64,000 bases of DNA, taken from positions 3,528 to 67,527 of the forward strand of contig JAAYDE010000004.1 of the NCBI GenBank assembly GCA_012729375.1. The letters are read 5' to 3'. Position numbers and translations under genes: made by a program. Shown here in pieces: positions 29,201 through 37,761 of this stretch (the first letter of the stretch is position 1; every line of letters begins with the position of its first letter). Source of the DNA: Deltaproteobacteria bacterium. Its GTDB lineage: Bacteria > Desulfobacterota > Desulfuromonadia > Desulfuromonadales > JAAYDE01. Below the pieces are notes generated by a model. The model did no database searches. It was not told the origin of the DNA and saw only the letters and a list, made by a program, of their open reading frames with translations.

Positions 29201-31698
29201 CCGGGGGGAACACCGGTGGCCGACCACCAGGCGCGGGGGCCTGGCGAACCGTTTTCAACTTCCGCCAGGTAGAAGAATTTCCCCCGCATCTGCAGTGGAT
29301 CGTCGGGGCGGCGGGTGATGTCGATCTCGAATCCCTTGTTGATGGCGCTGTAGACCCGGCTGTAGCCCCGTCCGCCGGAGGAGATTTCAACGGCGTAGCG
29401 GCCGTTGGCGAGCAGCCAGTTCCTTTCCGGTGTTGCTTTTGCTGTTGCCGGGCCGGGGTTGGCCATGGCGCCGGGCATGGGAAAACCCCTGAGGTGGCGT
29501 CGCGCGAGGAAAAAAGCGCTGATGGCCATGAGCGCCGCGAAACCGCCGATCAGGTAGTAGAGAGGAGGCCAGACGGTAGCGGCGAGTTCGGCGGCGCGGG
29601 ACGCGGAGGTGTCCCAGACGTAATCCCAATCGGCGCCGCGGGGGAGATAGAAGGGGATCAGCAGCGGCGCCCAGGTGGCGAAACGCCGCAAGCCTTCGGG
29701 GATGCAGCGGGTGCGGGCCGAATGGCCGATGGCGCGGGCCGCTTTTTCATCGAGGATATCAGCGCCCACAAAGGAGAGGTTGACCAGAGTGGCGACGCGC
29801 AGGCCCATGTGATCGACCCAGATGGTGATGCGCAGCCAGTCGTGGACCAGCATGTTGAGAAAGACGTCGAGGCTCCAGCCGCGGAAGGCGGCCGGCTCCA
29901 GAGCCCAGCTCTGGAAGGTGGCTATCAGGGTGCGGAAGGCGCCGTCCTGGTTGTACCAGGCGGGATCGGGAGACATGCGCAGGAAGGAATAGATGACCGG
30001 AGCCATCCACAGCCCCCAGCGCAGCACCCGCAGCGCCTGTTCCACCAGGGCGACCATCCCGCGGCGGCTGAACAGTTCCCGCAGGGGCGCCAGGCTCCGC
30101 TGCAGCAGGGCATTGAGGAGGAAAAAGTTGATGCTGAACAGGGGGGCCGCCAGTGACCAGTTGATGACCCCGGAAAGGGCCTCGTTATAGAACAGCCTTG
30201 CCGCCCCCGGCGTGGGGCCGAGGTTCATCGCCCCCCATTTGCTGAAGAGAGGGTAGATGACGTAGTCCTCCACCGGCATCCCCGACCGGGGATAGTGGAG
30301 GACGGCGTATTTGAAGAATTTCCCGGTCAGCACCTGAAGTTGGGGCAGATCGACATACCAGGCCAGGCCGCCGCCGGCAACGCCGCCCAGGGCCGCGGCC
30401 AGGGCGTAGAGGCGCCATGACTGGAGCCGCCGGCGGCGCCCGTGGGCCATCAGGAAGAGGTCGCGGAGCAGGTCGACCCCGGCGTAGGCGGACATCCCAG
30501 CGATTAGACCGAAAAGAAAACGATCCGGTCCCGAGGTCTTGGGCAATCCGCCGACAAAGGCGGCGGCGACGAACAGTCCCACCGCCGCGCCGCGCAGAGG
30601 CCCGACCCAGTCCCGGTAGTTGCGCCGCACGCGGAGGAAGAAAGGCTCGCTGCCGTCGAAGCTTTCGATGATGGTCTGGAAGAAGGGAAAAAGGACGGCG
30701 CCGATGACGGCGGCGCTGAGCAGAGGCCTGGCGGCTATGCAGGAAGAGACTTCCGGAGTGCCCAGGAGCAGGGCCGTCATCTGGATCAGGGCCAGGAAGA
30801 GGAAGCTGTAGATGGCTCCTTTGCCGAGGCCGGAGCGGAAATGGCTGCCGGCCCAGTACCAGGTCGGTTTTTTCCGGTGCAGGGCATCCATCATCAGGCC
30901 CGTGATCAGAAACGTCTGCGCCCACAGACCGGCCTGGGCAAGCATGGCGGCGCCGAGGGCCGCCGCCAGCGCCGCCGGGCGGGGAAGGGAGGCGATGAGG
31001 GGGCCCGAACCCCAGGCGGCCCATTCCGGGGTTGCCGAAGCCAGCAAGGCAGCTCCCAGAAGGAGCAGGTGCAGGCGGACATCCCGCACGCGGCGGCCGA
31101 CGACCAGCAGGCTTAAAAGGTTGGCGATGACTTCGTTGACCAGGGCGAGCAACAGGGTGCGGCCGAAAATGACCGCCGCCGTGGCGCCGAAGAGGGCGGC
31201 CGGCTTGCCGAGGGTAGCCATCAGGTCGGGTCTTCCCAGGATCAACAGGCCGTTGAAAAGGAACGGGATCAGGCCCAGGGCCAGGGCGGCCAGGGGCCGC
31301 GGCGGACCTTTTTCCACGGCCAGACTGCGCAGGGTGGTGACCAGGTGCAGGAGGATGAAAAATCCCCCGGCCAGTCCGGTCAGACGGAAGATTTCCGCAA
31401 AGGTTCCGGGGGTCTGCCAGATGGCGACAGCGGGATCGACGGCCAGGGCCAGGAGAAACGGCGCCAGCAAGTGGTGGAGGGCTTCTTTCGGTCCGGGAAG
31501 GCGGCGGGTGAACTGGTAGCGGAAGCAGGTCCCGGCCAACAGACCGAGAAGGCCGGCGGCAAGGGCGCCCGGCAAACCCCGGCCCTGGCCGGCGATGAAG
31601 GCGCCGGCCAGGGCAACGGCGGCGCCGGCGCCAAACAAGAGACCGTCGGCCGCCATACGGCGGGCGCGGGGGATGTCCGCATGGGAAGTGTCGTTCAT
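26278..31698 (-). CDS. Large membrane protein: ~760-aa polytopic N-terminal domain fused to a GH94 (cellobiose/beta-1,2-glucan phosphorylase-like, formerly GT36) module
   Basis: 1806 aa. The N-terminal part is almost entirely hydrophobic spans with no recognisable GT domain. Two GH94-type beta-sandwich regions follow (LANGRYAVEISSGGRGYS..., NPLGYGTLVSNHGACYSFMNNSQQNGLTPF...). The catalytic barrel has LLGSGDWNDGLD and ENGGQYSHG. Confidence 0.8.
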   Translation of the reverse strand: MNDTSHADIPRARRMAADGLLFGAGAAVALAGAFIAGQGRGLPGALAAGLLGLLAGTCFRYQFTRRLPGPKEALHHLLAPFLLALAVDPAVAIWQTPGTFAEIFRLTGLAGGFFILLHLVTTLRSLAVEKGPPRPLAALALGLIPFLFNGLLILGRPDLMATLGKPAALFGATAAVIFGRTLLLALVNEVIANLLSLLVVGRRVRDVRLHLLLLGAALLASATPEWAAWGSGPLIASLPRPAALAAALGAAMLAQAGLWAQTFLITGLMMDALHRKKPTWYWAGSHFRSGLGKGAIYSFLFLALIQMTALLLGTPEVSSCIAARPLLSAAVIGAVLFPFFQTIIESFDGSEPFFLRVRRNYRDWVGPLRGAAVGLFVAAAFVGGLPKTSGPDRFLFGLIAGMSAYAGVDLLRDLFLMAHGRRRRLQSWRLYALAAALGGVAGGGLAWYVDLPQLQVLTGKFFKYAVLHYPRSGMPVEDYVIYPLFSKWGAMNLGPTPGAARLFYNEALSGVINWSLAAPLFSINFFLLNALLQRSLAPLRELFSRRGMVALVEQALRVLRWGLWMAPVIYSFLRMSPDPAWYNQDGAFRTLIATFQSWALEPAAFRGWSLDVFLNMLVHDWLRITIWVDHMGLRVATLVNLSFVGADILDEKAARAIGHSARTRCIPEGLRRFATWAPLLIPFYLPRGADWDYVWDTSASRAAELAATVWPPLYYLIGGFAALMAISAFFLARRHLRGFPMPGAMANPGPATAKATPERNWLLANGRYAVEISSGGRGYSRVYSAINKGFEIDITRRPDDPLQMRGKFFYLAEVENGSPGPRAWWSATGVPPGPDEGTWQINPINPLTLEFVHSRDDGLRVETRLCVDPDEPLESWRLRLVNLEERPRVLELISYQEWAMNSTDAYRRHPFYNHLHVGTRFLPSVNAVLAQNRLNKSADADPSRRRISGETAFHAVRAAKDRGITVTGYEDSRPRFIGSGTLLHPAALHQAGKAPKEGIFDYSFDPIASLRLRVELAPLAATEILFINGYAGSEAEALRILGAITGSAAAQKSPPPAPVSEENRDFPPRFRYAADGRELSVPWNTVRPWHHMMANPLGYGTLVSNHGACYSFMNNSQQNGLTPFDTDSVPCQLPGQVLYLHNLSTQRTDTPYLLPMRKKDRDYEVLWGLGYAIYRSRGDEAELEMTQFVLPDQPAELRLVRLRNLTGEPLRYRVVSYIQILLGETPVDTLGKIETARSSDLPALFFSNPHNDFWKGWAFAAAGFPVEAVETVRRRFLGGPDRDLTRPFLVTEGRADADQPDDGFRCAALCGTVTVPAGGETAFTLIFGQCQTRHEAEALIANFQDNDRGRQAFAATCQWWRDYLPHVETASGDGDIDRLANVWLPYQILVSRLWGRLGPYQRSGAFGFRDQLQDVLPLISSHPDLVRNQLLLHAGQQFREGDVLHWWHRSWEGKTGIGLRGRAADPHLWLPYMVCRYLQISGDRGLLEETIPFLEAPRPGPLSAGKVVAPRPSRDCATLYEHCRRAIELTLSRKGRHGLPLLGSGDWNDGLDSAGFRGLGESVWMGFFLYGILVDFVELAEKRGDSDTAEGFRKEAAALQKALDGMWRQDRYVRLVTDDGQEMTRVDALMAAWPILSGAVDFERGAAAMETALRELEQDTLVQLFAPPCSERDDLYPGRLADYPPGVRENGGQYSHGVSWLIDALLILAEQAKEKGNAAQAENYRSRAQRLWRKISPLGRSTPEGMAAYGLSPHQQAADIYFGPGYVGRGGWSWYTGAAARMLHTARLLYGTNKDKKQGGSADREL

Positions 31699-31845
31699 GG
31701 GGTGGCTTTCAAAAGGATGAATTTTTCAAAGGGCGCCAAGGAGCGATTACTTTTCAATGGGTAAGCGGAAAACAAAACGATAGTGGCTGGGCATAAAGAG
31801 AGTTTTTTCGTTATGGTAAAACGCTGCGGAATTCACTCCAACGGC

Positions 31846-31883
31846 AACCGGCAAGAAGAAGTGGACCCTTCTTCTTGCCGGTT
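31846..31883 (-). promoter_or_regulatory. 16-bp perfect stem-loop between the opgG/D-like gene and the GH94 gene
   Basis: AACCGGCAAGAAGAAG-TGGACC-CTTCTTCTTGCCGGTT, 30 nt downstream of the upstream stop codon. No U-tract on the transcribed (-) strand. Confidence 0.5.
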
Positions 31884-31913
31884 TATCTCATAGTGGTTTT
31901 GCGTTTGCCGCGG

Positions 31914-33530
31914 TCAGGGCTGATGGACGTAACTCCAGGTTTCGGTCAGCACATCCGCGCCGTTTTTCAGAAAAGCGCGGAGTTCCACGGGGTTTTTCCT
32001 GTCCTGGGGAGGGATCGTGCCGCGGTCGATCTCAAAAACCAGGCGCCACTGGTTGTTGTGGCGGTTTTTATGAAGCTGGTGTTCGACGAGGCGGGCGTTG
32101 GCGCCGACATCGATGATTGCCTGCAGGGGTTCGTTTTCCGCCAGGGCGGCCAGTTCCGCGCCGGTGAAGTCGATGACGAATTTTTTGCGGTCGGCGCCTT
32201 TGCCGGCCGCGGTGCGGGTGGCGACGGCCCAGCCGCCGGGAGGGCGCCGGCCGTCGGCGAAGTAATGCCAGCTCATCCGGTAGTCGAAGCCGATCGGTTG
32301 ACCGATGGCGGGCGGGGTTGCGGGAACCCACATGGCGACGATGTTGTCATGGATCTCCTCGTCGCTGGGAATCATGAACAGAGCCACCCGTCCCGCACCC
32401 CAGGACCCGTTCGGTTGGACCCACAGGCTGGGGCGGTTTTCGTAGTTGCTTTCCATGTCGAGGTAGTGGTCGTAGTCCTGGTCCCGCTTGATGAGACCGA
32501 AGCCCTCGGGATTGACGGTGGAAAAGGAGGTCACCAGCAGGCTGCGCGGGTTGACGAGCGGACGCCAGATCCATTCGCCGTGGCCGGTTTCCATCATCAG
32601 GCCGTCGGAATCGTGGATCTCCGGCCGGAAATCGTCCACCGGGCGGATCGAGGTGTTCTCGCCGTAGTAGAACATGCTGGTCATGGGCGCGATGCCGAGC
32701 TGCTTGATTTCGGTGCGCGGGAACAGGGTGCTGCGCACGTCCATGACCGTTTCCTTGCCCGGATGGATGACAAACTCGTAGGCGCCGCTCAGGCTCGGCC
32801 CGTCGACGAGGGCGTAGAGGGTGATCTGTTTGGCGTCCGCGGCCGGTTTGCGGATCCAGAACTTGCGGAAGTAGGGGAACTCCTCGCCGCTGGGCAACCA
32901 GGTATCGATGGCGACGCCGCGGGCCGAAAGGCCGTAGTTCATGTGTTTGGCGACGGCGCGGAAGTAGCTCGCGCCGACGAAGACGGCCACCTCGTCCTGG
33001 TATTCCAAAGTGTTGATGGGATGGTGGATGCGAAAGCCGGCGAACCCCAGATCCCGGGGCACCATGGCCTTGACCTTGTCGCTTTTGTAGTCGAACTGAT
33101 CCCGTGAAAAGGGAACCTTGTGCACCTTCCCCTTGGCGTCTATGAAGTTGATGGCTACCGTCCGGTCGTAGTAAAGCCCGGGATGGAAAAACTGCAGAGT
33201 GAAGGGGAGCTTTTCATCTTTCCACAGGGCCTTGGCGGGGATAAAGCGGATATCCCGCCACTGGTCGTAACTGATCTTCATGAGCCGCTCGGGGATCTCG
33301 CCGACGGGACTTTTGAAGGGATGCCGGGAAAGGTCGCGGGCTTCGGCGACGGCGTCCCGGTAGGTGAAGGGAGGCGCCGAAGCCAACCCCGATGATGCGG
33401 CCGCAAGCAGGATGGCCAACACCGTGATCAGTCCCCACAACCCTTTCTCCGCAAACCTCAGCCGGCGGGCAGGGGGCGAGTCCTTTTGCTCCGGTGAAAG
33501 ATCAATGGACGATGGCATGGGGCGACGCAT
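31914..33530 (-). CDS. opgD: Periplasmic glucan biosynthesis protein, OpgG/OpgD (MdoG/MdoD) family
   Basis: 538 aa. Blocks FAGFRIHHPIN, GASYFRAV, EEFPYFRKFWI, RPLVNP. The N-terminus has RRLRF followed by a hydrophobic region ending ASA, a possible Tat-type signal as in OpgD. Confidence 0.8.
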   Translation of the reverse strand: MRRPMPSSIDLSPEQKDSPPARRLRFAEKGLWGLITVLAILLAAASSGLASAPPFTYRDAVAEARDLSRHPFKSPVGEIPERLMKISYDQWRDIRFIPAKALWKDEKLPFTLQFFHPGLYYDRTVAINFIDAKGKVHKVPFSRDQFDYKSDKVKAMVPRDLGFAGFRIHHPINTLEYQDEVAVFVGASYFRAVAKHMNYGLSARGVAIDTWLPSGEEFPYFRKFWIRKPAADAKQITLYALVDGPSLSGAYEFVIHPGKETVMDVRSTLFPRTEIKQLGIAPMTSMFYYGENTSIRPVDDFRPEIHDSDGLMMETGHGEWIWRPLVNPRSLLVTSFSTVNPEGFGLIKRDQDYDHYLDMESNYENRPSLWVQPNGSWGAGRVALFMIPSDEEIHDNIVAMWVPATPPAIGQPIGFDYRMSWHYFADGRRPPGGWAVATRTAAGKGADRKKFVIDFTGAELAALAENEPLQAIIDVGANARLVEHQLHKNRHNNQWRLVFEIDRGTIPPQDRKNPVELRAFLKNGADVLTETWSYVHQP

Positions 33531-33640
33531 GGCTTGTTAGTTCCTCTCCTGAAAAATTGTTGATATTGGAAAAGCCGATACATGATGATCCACATCGTGG
33601 GCAAAAAACAAGAGGAAGCTTTATCGGCCCGGCAGGCCGT

Positions 33641-34306
33641 TCAACGCCCTTGCAGGGCCTTGTCGATATCCTCTGTCTTGCCGAGAAAGATGAGCAGGTC
33701 GCTGTCCTTGATGAGGTAGGCGGGGGAAGGAGCCAGGGAAAAGTTCCCGGTCAGGACATCCTTGATGCCGATGACGGTGACATGGTGTTTCTTGCGCAGA
33801 TCGAGGTCGGCAAGGGTTTTGCCCAGATAATGTTGCGGCGCGCTCGCCTCGGTGATGGTGTACTCCTCGGTGAGGGGGATGAATTCGAGGATGTTGGGAA
33901 TGGAAAGGCTGCGGGCGATTTTGACGGCGATGTCCTTTTCCGGAAAGATGACATCGTTGGCTCCCACTTTTTTCAGGATGCGGCCGTGATCTTCGTTGAT
34001 TGCCTTGACCAGGATGCGGGGAACATCCATCTCCTTGAGGTAGAGGGTGATCAGGGTGGCCATATGGGAACGCTCGCCGGTGGAAACGACCACTGCCGTC
34101 ATCTCCTCGATCCCCTGGCCGGCAAGGAACTCCTTGTTGCCGGCGTCGCCGAGAACGGCGTAAGTGCAGTAATCGACGATACGCTGCACCTTTTCCTGAT
34201 CGATGTCGATGGCGACGACCTCGCTTCCCGCCTCGTAAAGAGCCCGGGCGACGTGAAAACCGAAATTTCCCAGCCCGATGACGGCAAAACGGCTCTGTTT
34301 TTTCAT
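33641..34306 (-). CDS. trkA: Trk/Ktr potassium uptake system NAD-binding (RCK) subunit
   Basis: 221 aa. Rossmann GLGNFG plus a C-terminal RCK_C domain. Confidence 0.9.
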   Translation of the reverse strand: MKKQSRFAVIGLGNFGFHVARALYEAGSEVVAIDIDQEKVQRIVDYCTYAVLGDAGNKEFLAGQGIEEMTAVVVSTGERSHMATLITLYLKEMDVPRILVKAINEDHGRILKKVGANDVIFPEKDIAVKIARSLSIPNILEFIPLTEEYTITEASAPQHYLGKTLADLDLRKKHHVTVIGIKDVLTGNFSLAPSPAYLIKDSDLLIFLGKTEDIDKALQGR

Positions 34307-34351
34307 CCTTTGACTCCTTGGCGCCTTGCGGCGCCGATTGGCGGTGGTAAT

Positions 34352-35725
34352 TCAACCGATCATGATATTTTCTCGGCCGTAGCGGATGCCGTCCTGGCGG
34401 GTTTTCCTGGCGATGGAGAAGGCCACGGTGAGCAGGCCGACGCGGCCGACGAACATCAACAGAATGACGAGAACCTTGGCCGCCGGCAGCAACTGGCTCG
34501 TGGCGCCCAATGAGAGACCGACGGTGGCGAAGGCGGAAACCGCCTCGAAGCTGTAGACCATATAGCCGGCCAGAGTGTCCGCCGTCGCCGGACCGGGAAG
34601 CTGAATGGCAAGGAGGGCGAATATGGCGCCGGCGATAAGCAGAAGGGCGAGCATCACCAGGGAAAGGGTTTTGGTGATGGCCTCGTCGGGAATGGTCCGG
34701 CGGTAGATGTTGGTGTGAGGATTTCCCTTCAAGCGGCTGCGGAGGATGGCGATAAACAGGGCCAGGGTGGTGGTTTTGATGCCGCCGCCGGCGGAGCCGG
34801 GAGAGGCGCCGATGAACATCAGGAAGGTCAGCAGGAAGAGTGTTGACGGCCGCAGCAGACTGAGGTCGATGGTGTTGAAACCGGCGGTGCGCGTCGTCAC
34901 CGACTGGAAGAGGGCGGTCCAGAAACCTTCCGTCCAGGTCATGCCGGCAAAGGCGGCGCCGGATTCCAGAAGGCCGATCAGCAGCGCTCCGCCGACAATG
35001 AGCACGGCCGAAGTAATCAGTACCACCCGGGAATGGAGGGAAAGGCGTCGCCGCGCCGTTTTGCGGCGCCATGGCGCCAGGGACAGCAGCTCGCGAATGA
35101 CCAGGAAACCGATACCACCGGAAACAATCAAAACAATGATGACGAGGTTGATCAGGGGGTGGCTGCGGTAGCCGACCAGACTGTCGGGAAAAAGGGAGAA
35201 GCCGGCATTGCAGAAGGCGGAAACGGAATGGAAAAGACTGGCGTAAAGACCCGGCCAGAAACCCGATCGGGGGATGAGCACGAAAGAGATCAGCAGGGCG
35301 CCGACTGCTTCGATGATCAGGGTTGCCAGGAGGATTTCCCGGATCAGCTCACGAAGTGAGCCGACCGGGGTGTGGAGCAGGGTTTCCTGAATCATCCAGC
35401 GTCCGCGGACGCCGACGCCGATGCGCAGATAGAAAAAGAGATAGACGGAAAAAGTGGTGATGCCGATGCCGCCGAGCTGGATCAGGGCGAGGACGACCAA
35501 CTGGCCGAAAAGGCTCAGGCGGCTGCCGGTGTCGACGACGGCCAGGCCGGTGACGCACTGGGCCGAGGTGGCGGTGAACAGGGCGTCGAGAAAGGAGAGG
35601 GGTGCGCCGACGGCGGCTGCCGGCAGCCGAAGCAGAATGGTTCCCGTCAGGACGGCGGCGGCATAGGTCAGAATCAGCGTTTGTCCCGGTGTCGGCGTTT
35701 TCAACCATGAACGTGGAGCGGCCAT
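34352..35725 (-). CDS. trkH: TrkH/KtrB-family potassium transporter membrane subunit
   Basis: 457 aa, polytopic. Repeated selectivity-filter-like motifs (TGLAV, NAGFS, RTAGFN, GGGIKT). Confidence 0.9.
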   Translation of the reverse strand: MAAPRSWLKTPTPGQTLILTYAAAVLTGTILLRLPAAAVGAPLSFLDALFTATSAQCVTGLAVVDTGSRLSLFGQLVVLALIQLGGIGITTFSVYLFFYLRIGVGVRGRWMIQETLLHTPVGSLRELIREILLATLIIEAVGALLISFVLIPRSGFWPGLYASLFHSVSAFCNAGFSLFPDSLVGYRSHPLINLVIIVLIVSGGIGFLVIRELLSLAPWRRKTARRRLSLHSRVVLITSAVLIVGGALLIGLLESGAAFAGMTWTEGFWTALFQSVTTRTAGFNTIDLSLLRPSTLFLLTFLMFIGASPGSAGGGIKTTTLALFIAILRSRLKGNPHTNIYRRTIPDEAITKTLSLVMLALLLIAGAIFALLAIQLPGPATADTLAGYMVYSFEAVSAFATVGLSLGATSQLLPAAKVLVILLMFVGRVGLLTVAFSIARKTRQDGIRYGRENIMIG

Positions 35726-36360
35726 GGATCTGGGAAGGTCCCTTCTTCGATTTTTCGGTAACGGCCGGCCTTTGTCGAGGATGGCTGGAATTTCCCGTCT
35801 GGGTTACAGGACAATGGGATTGTAGCAGGTTTTTGAATATGGGGCAGCTGTGACCCGGATGGATCGGCAGGGTTCCGGGAAATGGTTTCAGAACAAGATT
35901 TTTGGATAAGAAATTTTATATTCGGCCACATCTCCTGTCGATTCTTGGAAAATTTTTTAAACAGGGCGGGTCACTCTGATTCCTGTTGCAATCTAATCGG
36001 AAAACCGTTATTAAAAGAATTCTGCCCTTAAAAACGCCGTTGCCAGCCTGACGGTGGATGGCTGAAAACGGCACTGAAGGCCTCTGCCCCCATTTCGATA
36101 AAAATTTTTTTCATGCCTGCATGCCTCCTAAAAATCGAAACCTTTGATATCCTTCATGCCGTGTCCTGGGGGGATGGTGCCATGTTTTTACGTGGGCAGC
36201 CAACTAATGAAATGCAATTTTTTGTTATGGTGGTAAAGTAGAACATTATATAGAATATGTCCCTGACATTTTTTGCCTTGGACGATTTTCCCTGGAAGTT
36301 ACGCATCGGAGCGTATCCATAGAGGAATGAACTGTAACCGTTAACAAAGGAGGAGCAACA

Positions 36361-37521
36361 ATGAACAAAAGGTTTATAGGCGTTATCTTCTCATTATTCG
36401 CCGCAGCCATGCTGGTCGGCTGCGCGGGGCTCAAACCCAGTGAACCCCTGACCTTCACCCCGCAGAAGTTCGATGCCGGAAAGTACTCTCCCAAAGTCGA
36501 AAATTTCCAGATCATCATCGATGCTTCCGAAAGCATGGACACCAACATGCACGGCGAGAAGAAGTACCTGACCGCCAAGAATTTTGTCAGCGCCCTGAAT
36601 CAGAGCATCCCTGACGCATTGGCCTACAATGCCGGCCTGCGTTCCTTCGGCCATCATCCCAAGCAATCCGAGGACACGACGGCTCTTCCCTACGGGATGA
36701 CCCGCTACACCCAGAGCGGTTTTGCCGATGGTCTGGACAGCATCAAGTATCTCGGCGGCGTCAGCCCCCTCGCCGATGCCCTGGTTGCCGCGGCCAATGA
36801 TCTCAAAGACGCCTCCGGCCAAAGCACCATCGTGGTCGTCAGCGACGGTATCTCCATGGAGGACGCTCCCGCAGCGGCCGCCAAGATCAATGCCGAAATG
36901 GGTGATCGTCTCTGTGTTTACACCGTTCAGGTAGGCGACAGCGAGGAAGGCAAGAAAGTTCTGGGCAAAGTAGCCAAAGCTTTCCAGTGTGGTTCGGCCT
37001 ATGCGGCCGCCGACCTGGTCGCCGGCGATGCCTTCGGCAAATTTGTCGAAACCGCCTTCCTGGCTTCCGGCAAATGGGTTGACAGCGACGGCGACGGCGT
37101 TCCCGATCACCTCGACAAATGCCCCGACACCCCCAAAGGGGTGCAGGTTGACGCAGATGGCTGTCCGGTTCAGTTCTCCCTGCGGATCGAGTTCGACTTC
37201 GACAGTGCCGAGATCCGTTCCACCTATCACAACGACCTGCCGATTGCCGCCCAGTTCATCAAGAACAATCCCGCCGTTCCCTACATGCTGCTCGCCGGTC
37301 ATACCGACAGCATCGGCTCGGAAGCCTACAACCAGAAACTTTCCGAGAGACGCGCCCAAGCCGTGCGCCGCTATCTGATCGAGAACTTCGGCATCGACGG
37401 GAAGAAACTGGTCACCAAGGGTTATGGTGAAAACAGGCCGGTCGCCGACAATGACACGGAAGCCGGCCGCCAGAAAAACCGCCGCGTGGAAATCATCGCC
37501 CATTCAGCGCAACCCGAATAG
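36361..37521 (+). CDS. Lipoprotein with vWA domain, thrombospondin type-3 repeat and OmpA C-terminal peptidoglycan-binding domain
   Basis: Lipobox MLVGC. MIDAS DASES. DSDGDGVPDHLDKCPDTP. OmpA_C GHTDSIGSEAYNQKLSERRAQAV...NRRVEI. AGGAGG-type RBS (AAAGGAGGAG) upstream. Confidence 0.85.
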   Translation: MNKRFIGVIFSLFAAAMLVGCAGLKPSEPLTFTPQKFDAGKYSPKVENFQIIIDASESMDTNMHGEKKYLTAKNFVSALNQSIPDALAYNAGLRSFGHHPKQSEDTTALPYGMTRYTQSGFADGLDSIKYLGGVSPLADALVAAANDLKDASGQSTIVVVSDGISMEDAPAAAAKINAEMGDRLCVYTVQVGDSEEGKKVLGKVAKAFQCGSAYAAADLVAGDAFGKFVETAFLASGKWVDSDGDGVPDHLDKCPDTPKGVQVDADGCPVQFSLRIEFDFDSAEIRSTYHNDLPIAAQFIKNNPAVPYMLLAGHTDSIGSEAYNQKLSERRAQAVRRYLIENFGIDGKKLVTKGYGENRPVADNDTEAGRQKNRRVEIIAHSAQPE

Positions 37522-37545
37522 GCTTAACGGCTCACAATGATCAGC

Positions 37546-37581
37546 AAAAAGAGCCGCCCGGAAACGGGCGGCTCTTTTTTA
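37546..37581 (+). terminator. Rho-independent terminator after the OmpA-like gene
   Basis: GAGCCGCCCG-GAAA-CGGGCGGCTC followed by T6, with A5 upstream. Confidence 0.9.
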
Positions 37582-37761
37582 TTCGGGCGGCAGGGCGACC
37601 GGCGGGAACAAGGATAAGGGAAGGATTCCCCCGGCGGGGTCCCTCGGTTATAATAGGTTTTCATTCACCGGGAAGCGGCTTTTTGGCGGCGCGGTTTTTT
37701 CTCCGGTCTTGGTCAGAAATGTCACGGATCTCCGGCGGATTGGCCCGGAGTCAAGGTTTCC

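Noticed and set aside
35726-36000. A c-di-AMP (ydaO/kimA-type) riboswitch upstream of trkH.
   Set aside because: I read the - strand leader and found only a vague CCCGGAACCC resemblance. The conserved GGGGA...CCCA and CAGCTAACCTCGTAAGCG-type blocks that I remember are absent. An Infernal scan would be decisive.
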